Part shown: one piece after another, positions 39,406 through 48,332 of the stretch
Position numbering within the stretch: the stretch's first letter is position 1
Layout of the letters: each line of letters begins with the position of its first letter
Assembly: GCA_039812125.1 (NCBI GenBank)
Contig: JBDHZV010000002.1
Location: forward strand, 1,877 to 65,876
Source: Candidatus Nanopelagicales bacterium
Lineage (GTDB): Bacteria > Actinomycetota > Actinomycetes > S36-B12 > CAIYMF01
Length of the DNA: 64,000 bases
Direction of reading: 5' to 3'
The notes under the pieces: generated by a model
Told to the model about the DNA's origin: nothing
Database searches by the model: none
What the model saw: the letters and a program-made list of their open reading frames with translations, nothing else
Position numbers and translations under genes: made by a program

Positions 39406-40505
39406 GACATCCCGGACAGGCCGCGAGGGCGCCGGCCCAGGCGGGTCGCGACGCCGCGCAGCACCTCAGCGGCCGGGGAGGTGGGCTCGGCCAGGACCAG
39501 CGGCTCGCCGTTGTCGCCGCCCTCGCGCAGTCGCACGTCGAAGGGCACCCGGCCCAGCAGCGGCACGTCGGCGCCCAGCTCCCCCGAGAGCACGGCTGCC
39601 ACGGTGGCCCCGCCACCGGCGCCGAAGATGTCGACGACCTCACCGCAGTGGGGGCAGGGGAAGCCGCTCATGTTCTCGATCACCCCGGCGACGCGCTGCT
39701 GGGTCTCGCGCGCCACCATGCCGGCGCGCACCGCCACCTCGGCGGCCGCCGTCTGCGGTGTGGTGACGACGACGATCTCGGCCGAGGGCAGCAGCTTGGC
39801 AGCGGAGATGGCCACGTCCCCGGTCCCCGGGGGCAGGTCCAGCAGCAGCACGTCGAGGTCGCCCCACCAGACGTCGGCGAGGAACTGCTCGAGCGCCCGG
39901 TGCAGCATGGGACCGCGCCAGGTCACCGGCTCGATGACGCCGCCACGCTTGAAGGGCAGGATCGAGATGACCCGGACGCCGCGTGCGACCGGCGGCATGA
40001 TCAGGCCCTCGACCCGGGTCGGCAGGCCGGTCACGCCGAGCATCCGCGGGATGCTGTGGCCGTACACGTCGGCGTCCACCACGCCCACGGCCAGGCCCTG
40101 GGCGGCCATCGAGACGGCCAGGTTGGCGGTGACCGAGGACTTGCCGACGCCGCCCTTGCCCGACGCGATCAGGTACACGCGGGTCAGCGAACCGGGCTGT
40201 GCGAACGGGATCTCCCGCTGGGGCCCACCGAGGTGCTCGCGCAGGGCCCGGCGCTGCTCATCGCTCATGACGTCCAGCGCAACGGTGACCTCGGTGACGC
40301 CCGCCAGGCCCGCCACCGCGGCGGTGACGCGGGAGGTGATCTCGTCGCGCATCGGGCACCCCGCGACGGTGAGGTACACCTCGACGTGCACCGCGCCACC
40401 GGTGATCGTGATGTCCTTGACCATCCCGAGCTCGGTGATGGGGCGGTGGATCTCGGGGTCCTGGACCCCGGCGAGGGCGGACTCGACCTGTTCACGCGTG
40501 GGCAT
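39375..40505 (-). CDS. mrp: Mrp/ApbC/NBP35 family Fe-S cluster carrier ATPase
   Basis: N-terminal DUF59-like domain (VQDPEIHRPITELGMV), deviant Walker A SGKGGVGKSSVT and the CPHCGE cluster-binding motif. Confidence 0.9.
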   Translation of the reverse strand: MPTREQVESALAGVQDPEIHRPITELGMVKDITITGGAVHVEVYLTVAGCPMRDEITSRVTAAVAGLAGVTEVTVALDVMSDEQRRALREHLGGPQREIPFAQPGSLTRVYLIASGKGGVGKSSVTANLAVSMAAQGLAVGVVDADVYGHSIPRMLGVTGLPTRVEGLIMPPVARGVRVISILPFKRGGVIEPVTWRGPMLHRALEQFLADVWWGDLDVLLLDLPPGTGDVAISAAKLLPSAEIVVVTTPQTAAAEVAVRAGMVARETQQRVAGVIENMSGFPCPHCGEVVDIFGAGGGATVAAVLSGELGADVPLLGRVPFDVRLREGGDNGEPLVLAEPTSPAAEVLRGVATRLGRRPRGLSGMSLGLTPATRS

Positions 40506-40572
40506 GGGTCAACCCTATGTCCGATCCCGCGGCGGTGATCCCACCCCTGGGGGCCCGACCGCCGATGGGACG

Positions 40573-43008
40573 CTACTGCCAGATCCGGGCGAGGTAGTCG
40601 CGAACGGCGCGGTCCGACGAGAAGTACCCGGCGCGGGCGGTGTTGCGGATCGACCGCGCGGTCCACGCCGCTGGGTCGGCCCACAGGGCGTCGGCGCGCT
40701 CCTGGGCATCGAGGTAGGACCGGTAGTCGGCCAGGACCAGGTACTCGTCGTGCACCAGGAGGCTCTCCACGATGGGTCGGAACAGCCCGGCCTCCCCGTG
40801 CGGGGAGTAGAACCCTGAGGAGATCTCGTCGAGCACGGCGCGCAGCTCGTCGTCGGCGACGTAGAGCGACGCGGGGTTGTACCCGGCAGCCTTGCGGGCC
40901 ACCACCTCGTCCTCGCGCAGCCCGAACCGCAGGAACGCGTCGTCGCCCACGAGCTCGCGGATCTCCACGTTGGCACCGTCGAGGGTGCCGATCGTCAGGG
41001 CCCCGTTCAGCGCCAGCTTCATGTTCCCGGTCCCGGAGGCCTCCCTGCCCGCAAGCGAGATCTGCTCGGACAGGTCGGCGGCGGGGATGATCCGCTCGGC
41101 AAGGGTGACGTTGTAGTTCGCCGGGAACACGATGGACAGCCGTCCCGCCGCGGCCGGGTCGGCGGCGATGGTGGCCCCGACCTGGTTGATCAGCCGGATG
41201 ATCAGCTTGGCCATCTGGTAGCCGGGCGCGGCCTTGGCGCCGAACAGCACCACCCGGGGCGTGCTGACGCCGCCCGGGTCCAGCCGCAGCCGGCGGTACA
41301 GCGTCGCCACGTGCAGCAGCTTGAGCATCTGGCGCTTGTACTCGTGCAGGCGCTTGATCATGACGTCGTACATCGGCCCGACGGGCACCTCCCGGCCGCT
41401 GCGCTGCTCCAGCAGCGCGGCCAGGGCCTGCTTGTTGGCCCGCTTGACGGCCCGCCAGCGGTCCTGGAAGGAGGGGTCGTCGGCCAGCGGCTCGAGCTCG
41501 CCCAGCCGCTCCAGGTCGGCCAGCCAGCCGTCGCCGATCGCCTCGGTGATCAGGGCGGACAGGCGGGGGTTGGCCAGCTGCAGGAACCGTCGTGGGGTCA
41601 CCCCGTTGGTCACGTTGGTGAACCGTTCGGGCCACAGCTCGGCGAAGTCGCGCAGCACGGTGTCGCGCAGCAGCTGCGAGTGCAGGCCGGCCACCCCGTT
41701 GACGTGGGCGCTGCCGATCGCGGCCAGGTGGGCCATGCGCACCATGCGCTCGGGACCCTCCTGGATGATCGACATGCGGGACACCCGGGCCCCGTCGCCG
41801 GGGAAGGCCTGCTCCACCTGGCGCAGGAAGCGGGTGTTGATCGCATAGATGATCTCCAGGTGCCGCGGCAGCAGCCACGCCATGAGGTCCACCGACCAGC
41901 GCTCCAGCGCCTCGGGGAGCAGGGTGTGGCAGGTGTAGTGGAACGTGCGCCGGGTGATCTCCCACGCCGCGTCGAAGCCCAGCCCCCGCTCGTCGACCAA
42001 CAGCCGCATGAGCTCCGGGATGGCGATGACCGGGTGGGTGTCGTTGAGCTGGATGGCCACCCGCTGCGGGATCTCGTCGAGCCCGACCCCCTCGCTGTCG
42101 CCGATGCGCAGCAGGTCGGCCAGCGAGCACGCCGTGAAGAAGTACTGCTGGCGCAGCCGCAGCTCCTTGCCCGCCGGGGTCGAGTCCTCGGGGTAGAGCA
42201 CGCGCGAGATGTTCTCGCTCATCGACTGCTGGCGGACCGCCTCGATGTAGTCCCCGGCGTTGAACACCTGCAGGTTGAACTGCGAGGAACCGCGGGCCTT
42301 CCACAGCCGCAGGGAGTTGACGACGTGGTTGCGGTACCCCGGGACGAGCAGGTTGTGGGGCACCCCCAGCACCTTCTCGGCCGGCAGCCACGCACGGCGG
42401 CCGGTGTCCGGGTCGTCGACGACGTGCCCTGCGAAGCCGACCTCCACAGCGTGCTCGCGCTGACCGAACATCCACGGGTTGTCGTGGTCGAGCCACTGGT
42501 CGGGCCGCTCCACCTGGCGACCGTCCTCGAAGGACTGCTCGAAGATCCCGTACTCGTAGCAGATCCCGTACCCGACGGCCGGGCGGCCCAGGGTGGCCAG
42601 GGAGTCGGCGAAGCAGGCTGCCAACCGGCCCAGGCCGCCGTTGCCGAGCCCGGGCTCCACCTCGAGGTCGGCCACGTCGTCCAGGTCGATCCCCAGCCCG
42701 GACATCGCCTCGCGGGCCACGTCGGCCAGCCCCGTGGCCAGCAGCGCGTTGCCCAGCTGCCGGCCCATCAGGTACTCCGCCGACAGGTACACGACCGTCC
42801 TGGCCCCGGTCGAGCCGCGGGTCCGCACGGTGTCCAGCCAGTCGGCCATCAGGCGGTCGCGCACCGTGTGGGCAAGGGCGGAGTACACGTCGCCCCGGCC
42901 GGCCCGCTCCAGGTCCACCGCTCGATCCAGGTGCAGGTGCTCGAGGAACCGGGCGGCGAACTGCTCCGAGGTGGTGCCCGGGCCGGTGGGGGTGGCGGGG
43001 TCGGTCAT
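40573..43008 (-). CDS. glgP: Glycogen/alpha-glucan phosphorylase
   Basis: About 810 aa. EASGTGNMKLALNGALTIGTLDGANVEI (PLP lysine motif), LGNGGLGRLAACF and HEYKRQ. The ATG at 43008 is preferred over the ORF-track start at 43047. Confidence 0.95.
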   Translation of the reverse strand: MTDPATPTGPGTTSEQFAARFLEHLHLDRAVDLERAGRGDVYSALAHTVRDRLMADWLDTVRTRGSTGARTVVYLSAEYLMGRQLGNALLATGLADVAREAMSGLGIDLDDVADLEVEPGLGNGGLGRLAACFADSLATLGRPAVGYGICYEYGIFEQSFEDGRQVERPDQWLDHDNPWMFGQREHAVEVGFAGHVVDDPDTGRRAWLPAEKVLGVPHNLLVPGYRNHVVNSLRLWKARGSSQFNLQVFNAGDYIEAVRQQSMSENISRVLYPEDSTPAGKELRLRQQYFFTACSLADLLRIGDSEGVGLDEIPQRVAIQLNDTHPVIAIPELMRLLVDERGLGFDAAWEITRRTFHYTCHTLLPEALERWSVDLMAWLLPRHLEIIYAINTRFLRQVEQAFPGDGARVSRMSIIQEGPERMVRMAHLAAIGSAHVNGVAGLHSQLLRDTVLRDFAELWPERFTNVTNGVTPRRFLQLANPRLSALITEAIGDGWLADLERLGELEPLADDPSFQDRWRAVKRANKQALAALLEQRSGREVPVGPMYDVMIKRLHEYKRQMLKLLHVATLYRRLRLDPGGVSTPRVVLFGAKAAPGYQMAKLIIRLINQVGATIAADPAAAGRLSIVFPANYNVTLAERIIPAADLSEQISLAGREASGTGNMKLALNGALTIGTLDGANVEIRELVGDDAFLRFGLREDEVVARKAAGYNPASLYVADDELRAVLDEISSGFYSPHGEAGLFRPIVESLLVHDEYLVLADYRSYLDAQERADALWADPAAWTARSIRNTARAGYFSSDRAVRDYLARIWQ

Positions 43009-43060
43009 GGGTGCGCCTGCCTCACGTCGGTCGACGACCCCGCCCACGGTACGCCCCGGC

Positions 43061-43591
43061 TCAGCCCCGAGGGTCGTCGCCGGGAGCGGGTCGCCGCGAC
43101 GCCGACTCCTCGGACAGCAGTGCCGTCAGCTCCTCGGCCAGGTCGCGGACCTCGCCGCGCAGGAAGTCCCGGGTCGCCAGGTCGCCCGTGGCGATCCGGA
43201 TGCTGGCGATCTCCCGGGTCAGGTACTCGGTGTCGGCGACCAGGCGCTCGGTGAGGTTGCGGTCCTCCTGGTACTGGACCCGGTCCCGGTCGGCCTGTCG
43301 GTTCTGCGCGAGCAGGATCAGGGGAGCGGCGTACGAGGCCTGCAGCGACAGCAGCAGGGTCAGGAAGATGAAGGGGTACGGGTCGAACCGCAGGTCGGGC
43401 GGGGCCAGCGTGTTCCACAGCAGCCACACGGTCACGAACACCGTCATCCACCCGAGGAACCGGGCGGAGCCGATGAACCGGGCGATGCGCTCGCTCAGCC
43501 GCCCGAACAGCTCCGGGTCGTACTGGGGTCGCAGCGACCTGCCGCGGGGTCGGGGCTGGTCCAGGCGGACGCGGGAGGTCGGTCGTGCCAC
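43061..43591 (-). CDS. DUF1003 membrane protein
   Basis: GSARFLGWMTVFVTVWLLWN...FDPYPFIFLTLLLSLQASYAAPLILLAQNRQADRDR matches the DUF1003 pattern. It starts 3 nt after the upstream stop. Confidence 0.8.
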   Translation of the reverse strand: MARPTSRVRLDQPRPRGRSLRPQYDPELFGRLSERIARFIGSARFLGWMTVFVTVWLLWNTLAPPDLRFDPYPFIFLTLLLSLQASYAAPLILLAQNRQADRDRVQYQEDRNLTERLVADTEYLTREIASIRIATGDLATRDFLRGEVRDLAEELTALLSEESASRRPAPGDDPRG

Positions 43592-43594
43592 GGC

Positions 43595-44860
43595 CTACTC
43601 CTCGTCCTCGGGCTCGGCGTCGATGTCGCGCCAGTCCTCGGGGAGCATGTGGTCGATGACGTCGTCGACCGTCACCGCCCCGAGCAGGCGGTCCCGCTCG
43701 TCGACGACCGGCAGCGCGACCAGGTTGTAGGTGGCGAAGTACCGGGTGACAGTCGACAGCGGGGCCTGCGGTCCCACGGGCTCGAGACTGGTGTCGACGA
43801 CGGCCGAGACCAGCCGGGACGGCGGCTCGCGCAGCAGCCGCTGGAAGTGCGCGACGCCGAGGAACTTCCCCGACGGGGTGTCCAGCGGAGGACGCACGAC
43901 GTAGACCTGCGCCGCCAGCGACGGGGAGACCTCCGGGTTGCGCACGCGGGCCAGGGCCTCGGCCACCGTCGCGTCCGGGGGCAGCATGATCGGCTCCGGG
44001 TTCATCAGGCCGCCGGCCGTGTAGTCGCCGTACGACAGCAGCCGGCGCAGGTCCTCGGCGTCGTCGGGCTCCATCTCCTTGAGGAACTGCTCGGCCTGCT
44101 CGGGGGTCAGCTCGGACAGCAGGTCCGCGGCGTCGTCGGGCTCCATCTCCTCGAGGACGTCCGCGGCCCGCTCGATGCCCAGCTCCGTCAGGATCTGGAC
44201 GCGGTCGTCCTCGGGCAGCTCCTCGAGGACGTCGGCCAGGCGCTGGTCGTCGAGGTTGCGGGCGACCTCGAGGCGGCGCTTGCCGGGCAGGTCCTGCAGG
44301 ACGTTGGCCAGGTCGGCCGGGCCGAGCTCGTCCATCGTGGCCAGCAGGCTGTCGGTGCCCTGGTCCCCCGGCTGCGGGGCGATCGACAGCCCGTCGACGG
44401 CCGACCAGTCGACTGTGGTGGCCTGGGCCCGGCGGCGGAACCCGCGGTGCGGGGCCGCCACGTGCAGCTTGGTGATCCGCCAGTCCTTGTTGCGGTCCAG
44501 CTCCAGCCCGGCGTCCACCACGGTGACCGTCTCGCCGGTGGCGCGGACCACGACCGCCCGGTCCAGCAGCTCGCCGATGACCAGGGTCTCGCCGGGCCGC
44601 TGCTCGAAGCGACGCAGGTCCAGCCGCGCGCGAGCGACGACCTGCCCGGCGTCGATGGAGGTGACCCGCGTCATGGGCAGGAAGATCCGCCGGCGCGGGG
44701 GCACCTCCATGACCAGGCCCAGGACCCGCGGGGGCTCCCGGTCGTGGCGCAGGGTGACCACCAGGTCGCGGACCTTGCCCAGTGGGTCGCCCGCGGGGTC
44801 GAAGACCCCGATCCCGGACAGGTGCGAGACGAACACCCGAGGTCCGCCGACTCCTGTCAC
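43595..44860 (-). CDS. Soluble MgtE-N plus CBS-pair protein with an N-terminal PRC-barrel-like region (no MgtE membrane domain)
   Basis: An acidic MgtE_N-like helical repeat (LADVLEELPEDDRVQILTELGIERAADVLEEMEPDDAADLLSEL) is followed by two CBS-like segments. The start is uncertain (GTG at 44860 or 44836); the ORF-track start at 44908 would overlap the divergent EamA gene. Confidence 0.75.
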   Translation of the reverse strand: MTGVGGPRVFVSHLSGIGVFDPAGDPLGKVRDLVVTLRHDREPPRVLGLVMEVPPRRRIFLPMTRVTSIDAGQVVARARLDLRRFEQRPGETLVIGELLDRAVVVRATGETVTVVDAGLELDRNKDWRITKLHVAAPHRGFRRRAQATTVDWSAVDGLSIAPQPGDQGTDSLLATMDELGPADLANVLQDLPGKRRLEVARNLDDQRLADVLEELPEDDRVQILTELGIERAADVLEEMEPDDAADLLSELTPEQAEQFLKEMEPDDAEDLRRLLSYGDYTAGGLMNPEPIMLPPDATVAEALARVRNPEVSPSLAAQVYVVRPPLDTPSGKFLGVAHFQRLLREPPSRLVSAVVDTSLEPVGPQAPLSTVTRYFATYNLVALPVVDERDRLLGAVTVDDVIDHMLPEDWRDIDAEPEDEE

Positions 44861-44895
44861 AGGGGTGAGGCTACTGCCGGGGATATGGTCCCGAC

Positions 44896-45822
44896 GTGAT
44901 CGACGCACCCGGTCCCGCGCTGGCCCGCCCCCCGGTGCGGGACCTGTGGCTGCTGGCCCTGGCGGTGCTCGCGATCTCCACCTCCGGGCCGGTGATCGCG
45001 GCGTGCACGGCGCCGGCGCTGGCCATCGCGTTCTGGCGCACCGCCCTCGGCTCGGCGCTGACCGGTGGCTGGCTGCTGGTCGGCGACCGTGGGGCGCTGC
45101 GGGCCGCCGCCCCGGCCCAGTGGCGGCTCATGGCCCTGGCCGGGGTGCTGCTCGGGGCCCACTTCGCCACCTGGGTGCCCAGCCTGCGGTTCACCACGGT
45201 CGCCTCCTCGACCGCCCTGGTGGCCACCCAGCCGGTGTGGGCCGCGCTGGTCGCGCGCTGGCGCGGGGTCCGGATCGCGCGGTCGGCATGGGTGGGGATC
45301 GGGGTGTCGCTGGGCGGGGTGCTCGTGCTCACCGGCGTCGACGTCAGCCTCGACCCGCGGGCGCTCGTGGGCGACGGGCTGGCGCTGGCGGGGGCGGTGC
45401 TGGCCGCCCTGTACGTGACCGTGGGGGAGCAGGCCCGCCAGTCGGTGTCGACTGCCGCCTACACGACGGTGTGCTACGGGGTCGCCGCGGTCAGCCTGAT
45501 CCCCCTGCTGGTGCTGCTGCGGGTGCCCCTGGCGGGCTGGTCGGCGCGCGACTGGGGGCTGATCGCGGTGCTCACACTGGGTGCCCAGCTGCTCGGTCAC
45601 ACCCTGGTCAACCGCGTGCTGGCCACGACATCGGCCACGGTCGTGTCGCTGGCCATCCTGTTCGAGATGCCGGGATCCACGCTGATCGCGGCGGGCTGGC
45701 TCGGCCAGCGGCCGCCGCTGGCGATCCTGCCGGCGGTCCTGCTGCTGCTCGGCGGGCTGGCCCTGGTGATCCGCTCGACGACCGGACCGCGCGACGAGCC
45801 GACGGAGACCATCCCCGGCTGA
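44896..45822 (+). CDS. EamA/DMT family transporter
   Basis: About 10 TM helices in two EamA-like halves, 308 aa, GTG start. Confidence 0.75.
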   Translation: MIDAPGPALARPPVRDLWLLALAVLAISTSGPVIAACTAPALAIAFWRTALGSALTGGWLLVGDRGALRAAAPAQWRLMALAGVLLGAHFATWVPSLRFTTVASSTALVATQPVWAALVARWRGVRIARSAWVGIGVSLGGVLVLTGVDVSLDPRALVGDGLALAGAVLAALYVTVGEQARQSVSTAAYTTVCYGVAAVSLIPLLVLLRVPLAGWSARDWGLIAVLTLGAQLLGHTLVNRVLATTSATVVSLAILFEMPGSTLIAAGWLGQRPPLAILPAVLLLLGGLALVIRSTTGPRDEPTETIPG

Positions 45823-45830
45823 TCCGCCCC

Positions 45831-45906
45831 GCCGAACCCGGGCCCCGCCGAACCCGGGCCCCGCCGAACCCGGGCCCCGCCGAACCCCGGCCCCGCCGAA
45901 GCGCCC
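45831..45906. repeat. 16-bp intergenic tandem repeat, about 4.7 copies (gccgaacccgggcccc)
   Basis: Units at 45831-46, 45847-62, 45863-78 and 45879-94 (one substitution), plus a partial unit at 45895-906. The array lies between the EamA stop and the citE-like start. Confidence 0.9.
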
Positions 45907-45953
45907 ACGGCGTGGGCGATCGCTAGTGTGGGGGGCGACTGATCGGAGTCCCC

Positions 45954-46922
45954 ATGGTCCCGTCCGCACGCCCCCTGCGCTCCCGTCGCTCCAACCTCGC
46001 CGTGCCCGGCAGCAGCCCCAAGATGCTGGACAAGGCTCGCGGCCTGCCCGCCGACCAGGTCTTCATGGACCTCGAGGACGCGGTCGCCCCGCTGGCCAAG
46101 CCCGACGCGCGGCACACCATCGTGGCCGCGCTGAACGAGGGGGGCTACGAGGGCAAGGTGCGCACCGTGCGGGTCAACGACTGGACCACGCCGTGGACCT
46201 ATCGCGACGTCGTGACGGTCGTCGAGGGGGCGGGGGCGAACCTGGACTGCATCATGCTGCCCAAGGTGCAGACCCCGGAGCAGGTCGTCATGCTCGACAC
46301 CCTGCTCACCCAGATCGAGCGCACGATGGGCTACGAGGTGGGACGCATCGGCATCGAGGCCCAGATCGAGAACGCCCTGGGACTGGTCAACGTGGACGCG
46401 ATCGCGGCGGCCTCGCCGCGCGTCGAGACCGTCATCTTCGGTCCGGCCGACTTCATGGCCAGCATCAACATGAAGTCCCTGGTCGTCGGCGAGCAGCCAC
46501 CCGGCTACGACGTGGGCGACGCCTACCACTACATCCTCATGCGGATCCTGATGGCGGCCCGCGCCCACGACCGGCAGGCCATCGACGGGCCCTACCTGCA
46601 GATCCGGGACGTGGACGGGTTCCGCCGGGTCGCCGGGCGCTCCGCGGCGCTGGGATTCGACGGCAAGTGGGTGCTGCACCCGGGCCAGCTCGAGGCGGCC
46701 AACGAGGTGTACTCCCCGCGCCAGGAGGACTACGACCACGCCGAGCTCATCCTGGACGCCTATGACCACGCCACGTCCGCGGCCGGTGGCGCCCGCGGCG
46801 CGGTGATGCTCGGCGACGAGATGATCGACGAGGCCTCCCGCAAGATGGCGCTGGTGATCGCGGCCAAGGGCCGCGCTGCCGGCATGGCCCGCCGGTCGGC
46901 CTTCACCCCTGCGCAGGGCTGA
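45954..46922 (+). CDS. HpcH/HpaI aldolase / citrate lyase beta-like (CitE family) acyl-CoA lyase
   Basis: RRSNLAVPGSSPKMLDKA, DQVFMDLEDAV, IMLPKV and FGPADF are CitE-family motifs. Confidence 0.8.
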   Translation: MVPSARPLRSRRSNLAVPGSSPKMLDKARGLPADQVFMDLEDAVAPLAKPDARHTIVAALNEGGYEGKVRTVRVNDWTTPWTYRDVVTVVEGAGANLDCIMLPKVQTPEQVVMLDTLLTQIERTMGYEVGRIGIEAQIENALGLVNVDAIAAASPRVETVIFGPADFMASINMKSLVVGEQPPGYDVGDAYHYILMRILMAARAHDRQAIDGPYLQIRDVDGFRRVAGRSAALGFDGKWVLHPGQLEAANEVYSPRQEDYDHAELILDAYDHATSAAGGARGAVMLGDEMIDEASRKMALVIAAKGRAAGMARRSAFTPAQG

Positions 46923-47009
46923 GCCGGCTGCCCGTCCCGCGTCCCACCGCGCGGAATGCCGAGCGGCGGGGCGATACTGGCCAGTAACAACGGGCGAGCA
47001 GGAGGCGGC

Positions 47010-48215
47010 ATGGGGCGGCTGGCGCAGACCGAGGGCCTGACCGAGGATCAGCGCGACATCCTCGCGGCGGTCCGCGACTTCGTCGACAACGAGGTCATCC
47101 CGAACGCGCAGCGCCTCGAGCACGACGACGAGTACCCCACGGAGATCGTCGAGGGCATGAAGGAGATGGGGATCTTCGGGCTCATGATCCCCGAGGAGTA
47201 CGGCGGACTGGGGCAGTCGCTGCTGACCTACGCGCTGTGCGTGGAGGAGATCGCGCGGGGCTGGATGTCGGTCAGCGGGATCGTCAACACCCATTTCATC
47301 GTCGCGTGGATGGTCATGCAGCACGGCACCGCGGCCCAGCGCGCCGACCTGCTGCCGCGGATGGCCACCGGCGAGCTGCGGGGGGCGTTCTCCATGTCGG
47401 AGCCGCACTGCGGGTCCGACGTCGCCGCGATCACCTCCCGGGCGGTCCCCGACGGCTCCGGGGGCTACCTGCTGTCCGGGCAGAAGATGTGGCTGACCAA
47501 CGGCGGGTCCTCCTCGCTGGTCGCGGTGCTGGTGCGCACCGACGCCGACGGCGACCCGCAGGACCCGGTGTACCGCCGGATGTCGACGTTCCTCGTGGAG
47601 AAGCCCGCGGGGTTCGGCGAGGTGCTGCCCGGCCTGACCATCCCGGGCAAGATCGCCAAGATGGGCTACAAGGGCGTCGACACCACCGAGATGGTCATGG
47701 ACGGCCTCGCCCTTCCCGCGACGGCCCTGCTCGGCGGGGCTGCGGGCCGCGGCTTCTACCAGATGATGGACGGCGTCGAGGTGGGCCGGGTCAACGTCGC
47801 CGCCCGGGCCTGCGGCGTCGCCGCGCGGGCCTTCGAGCTCGGCGTGGCCTACGCCCAGCAGCGCTCCGCGTTCGGCAAGCCGATCGCCGAGCACCAGGCG
47901 GTGTCGTTCCGGCTGGCCGACATGGCGGTCAAGGTCGAGGCCGCCCACCAGATGATGGTCCGCGCGGCGCGGACCAAGGACTCCGGCCAGCGCAACGACC
48001 TCGAGGCGGGCATGGCCAAGTACCTGGCCAGCGAGTTCTGCAAGGAGGTGGTCGAGGACTCGTTCCGGATCCACGGCGGCTACGGCTACGCCAAGGAGTA
48101 CGAGATCGAGCGGCTCTACCGGGAGGCACCCATGCTGCTGATCGGCGAGGGCACGGCCGACATCCAGCGCATGATCATCGCGCGGCGGCTGCTGGAGGAG
48201 TACCGCGAGCGCTGA
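47010..48215 (+). CDS. Acyl-CoA dehydrogenase
   Basis: ATG at 47010 behind GAGCAGGAGG. FSMSEPHCGSDVAA, GQKMWLTNG and FRIHGGYGYAKEYEIERLYREAPMLLIGEGTADIQR. Confidence 0.9.
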   Translation: MGRLAQTEGLTEDQRDILAAVRDFVDNEVIPNAQRLEHDDEYPTEIVEGMKEMGIFGLMIPEEYGGLGQSLLTYALCVEEIARGWMSVSGIVNTHFIVAWMVMQHGTAAQRADLLPRMATGELRGAFSMSEPHCGSDVAAITSRAVPDGSGGYLLSGQKMWLTNGGSSSLVAVLVRTDADGDPQDPVYRRMSTFLVEKPAGFGEVLPGLTIPGKIAKMGYKGVDTTEMVMDGLALPATALLGGAAGRGFYQMMDGVEVGRVNVAARACGVAARAFELGVAYAQQRSAFGKPIAEHQAVSFRLADMAVKVEAAHQMMVRAARTKDSGQRNDLEAGMAKYLASEFCKEVVEDSFRIHGGYGYAKEYEIERLYREAPMLLIGEGTADIQRMIIARRLLEEYRER

Positions 48216-48332
48216 GCCGGCCCCGTGGCGCCCCCGGTTGGGGGACGCGGCTCGGCACGAGGACGTCCGAGGGTGCATCATTCCCCCCGGTGGCCCTTTC
48301 CCGTGGCCCGGAACTGGAGGTCGCGCGCGCCG

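Noticed and set aside
45831-45906. Possible CRISPR array
   Set aside because: The repeats are only 16 bp and directly abut each other without spacers, and no cas genes are nearby. It is a simple tandem repeat.
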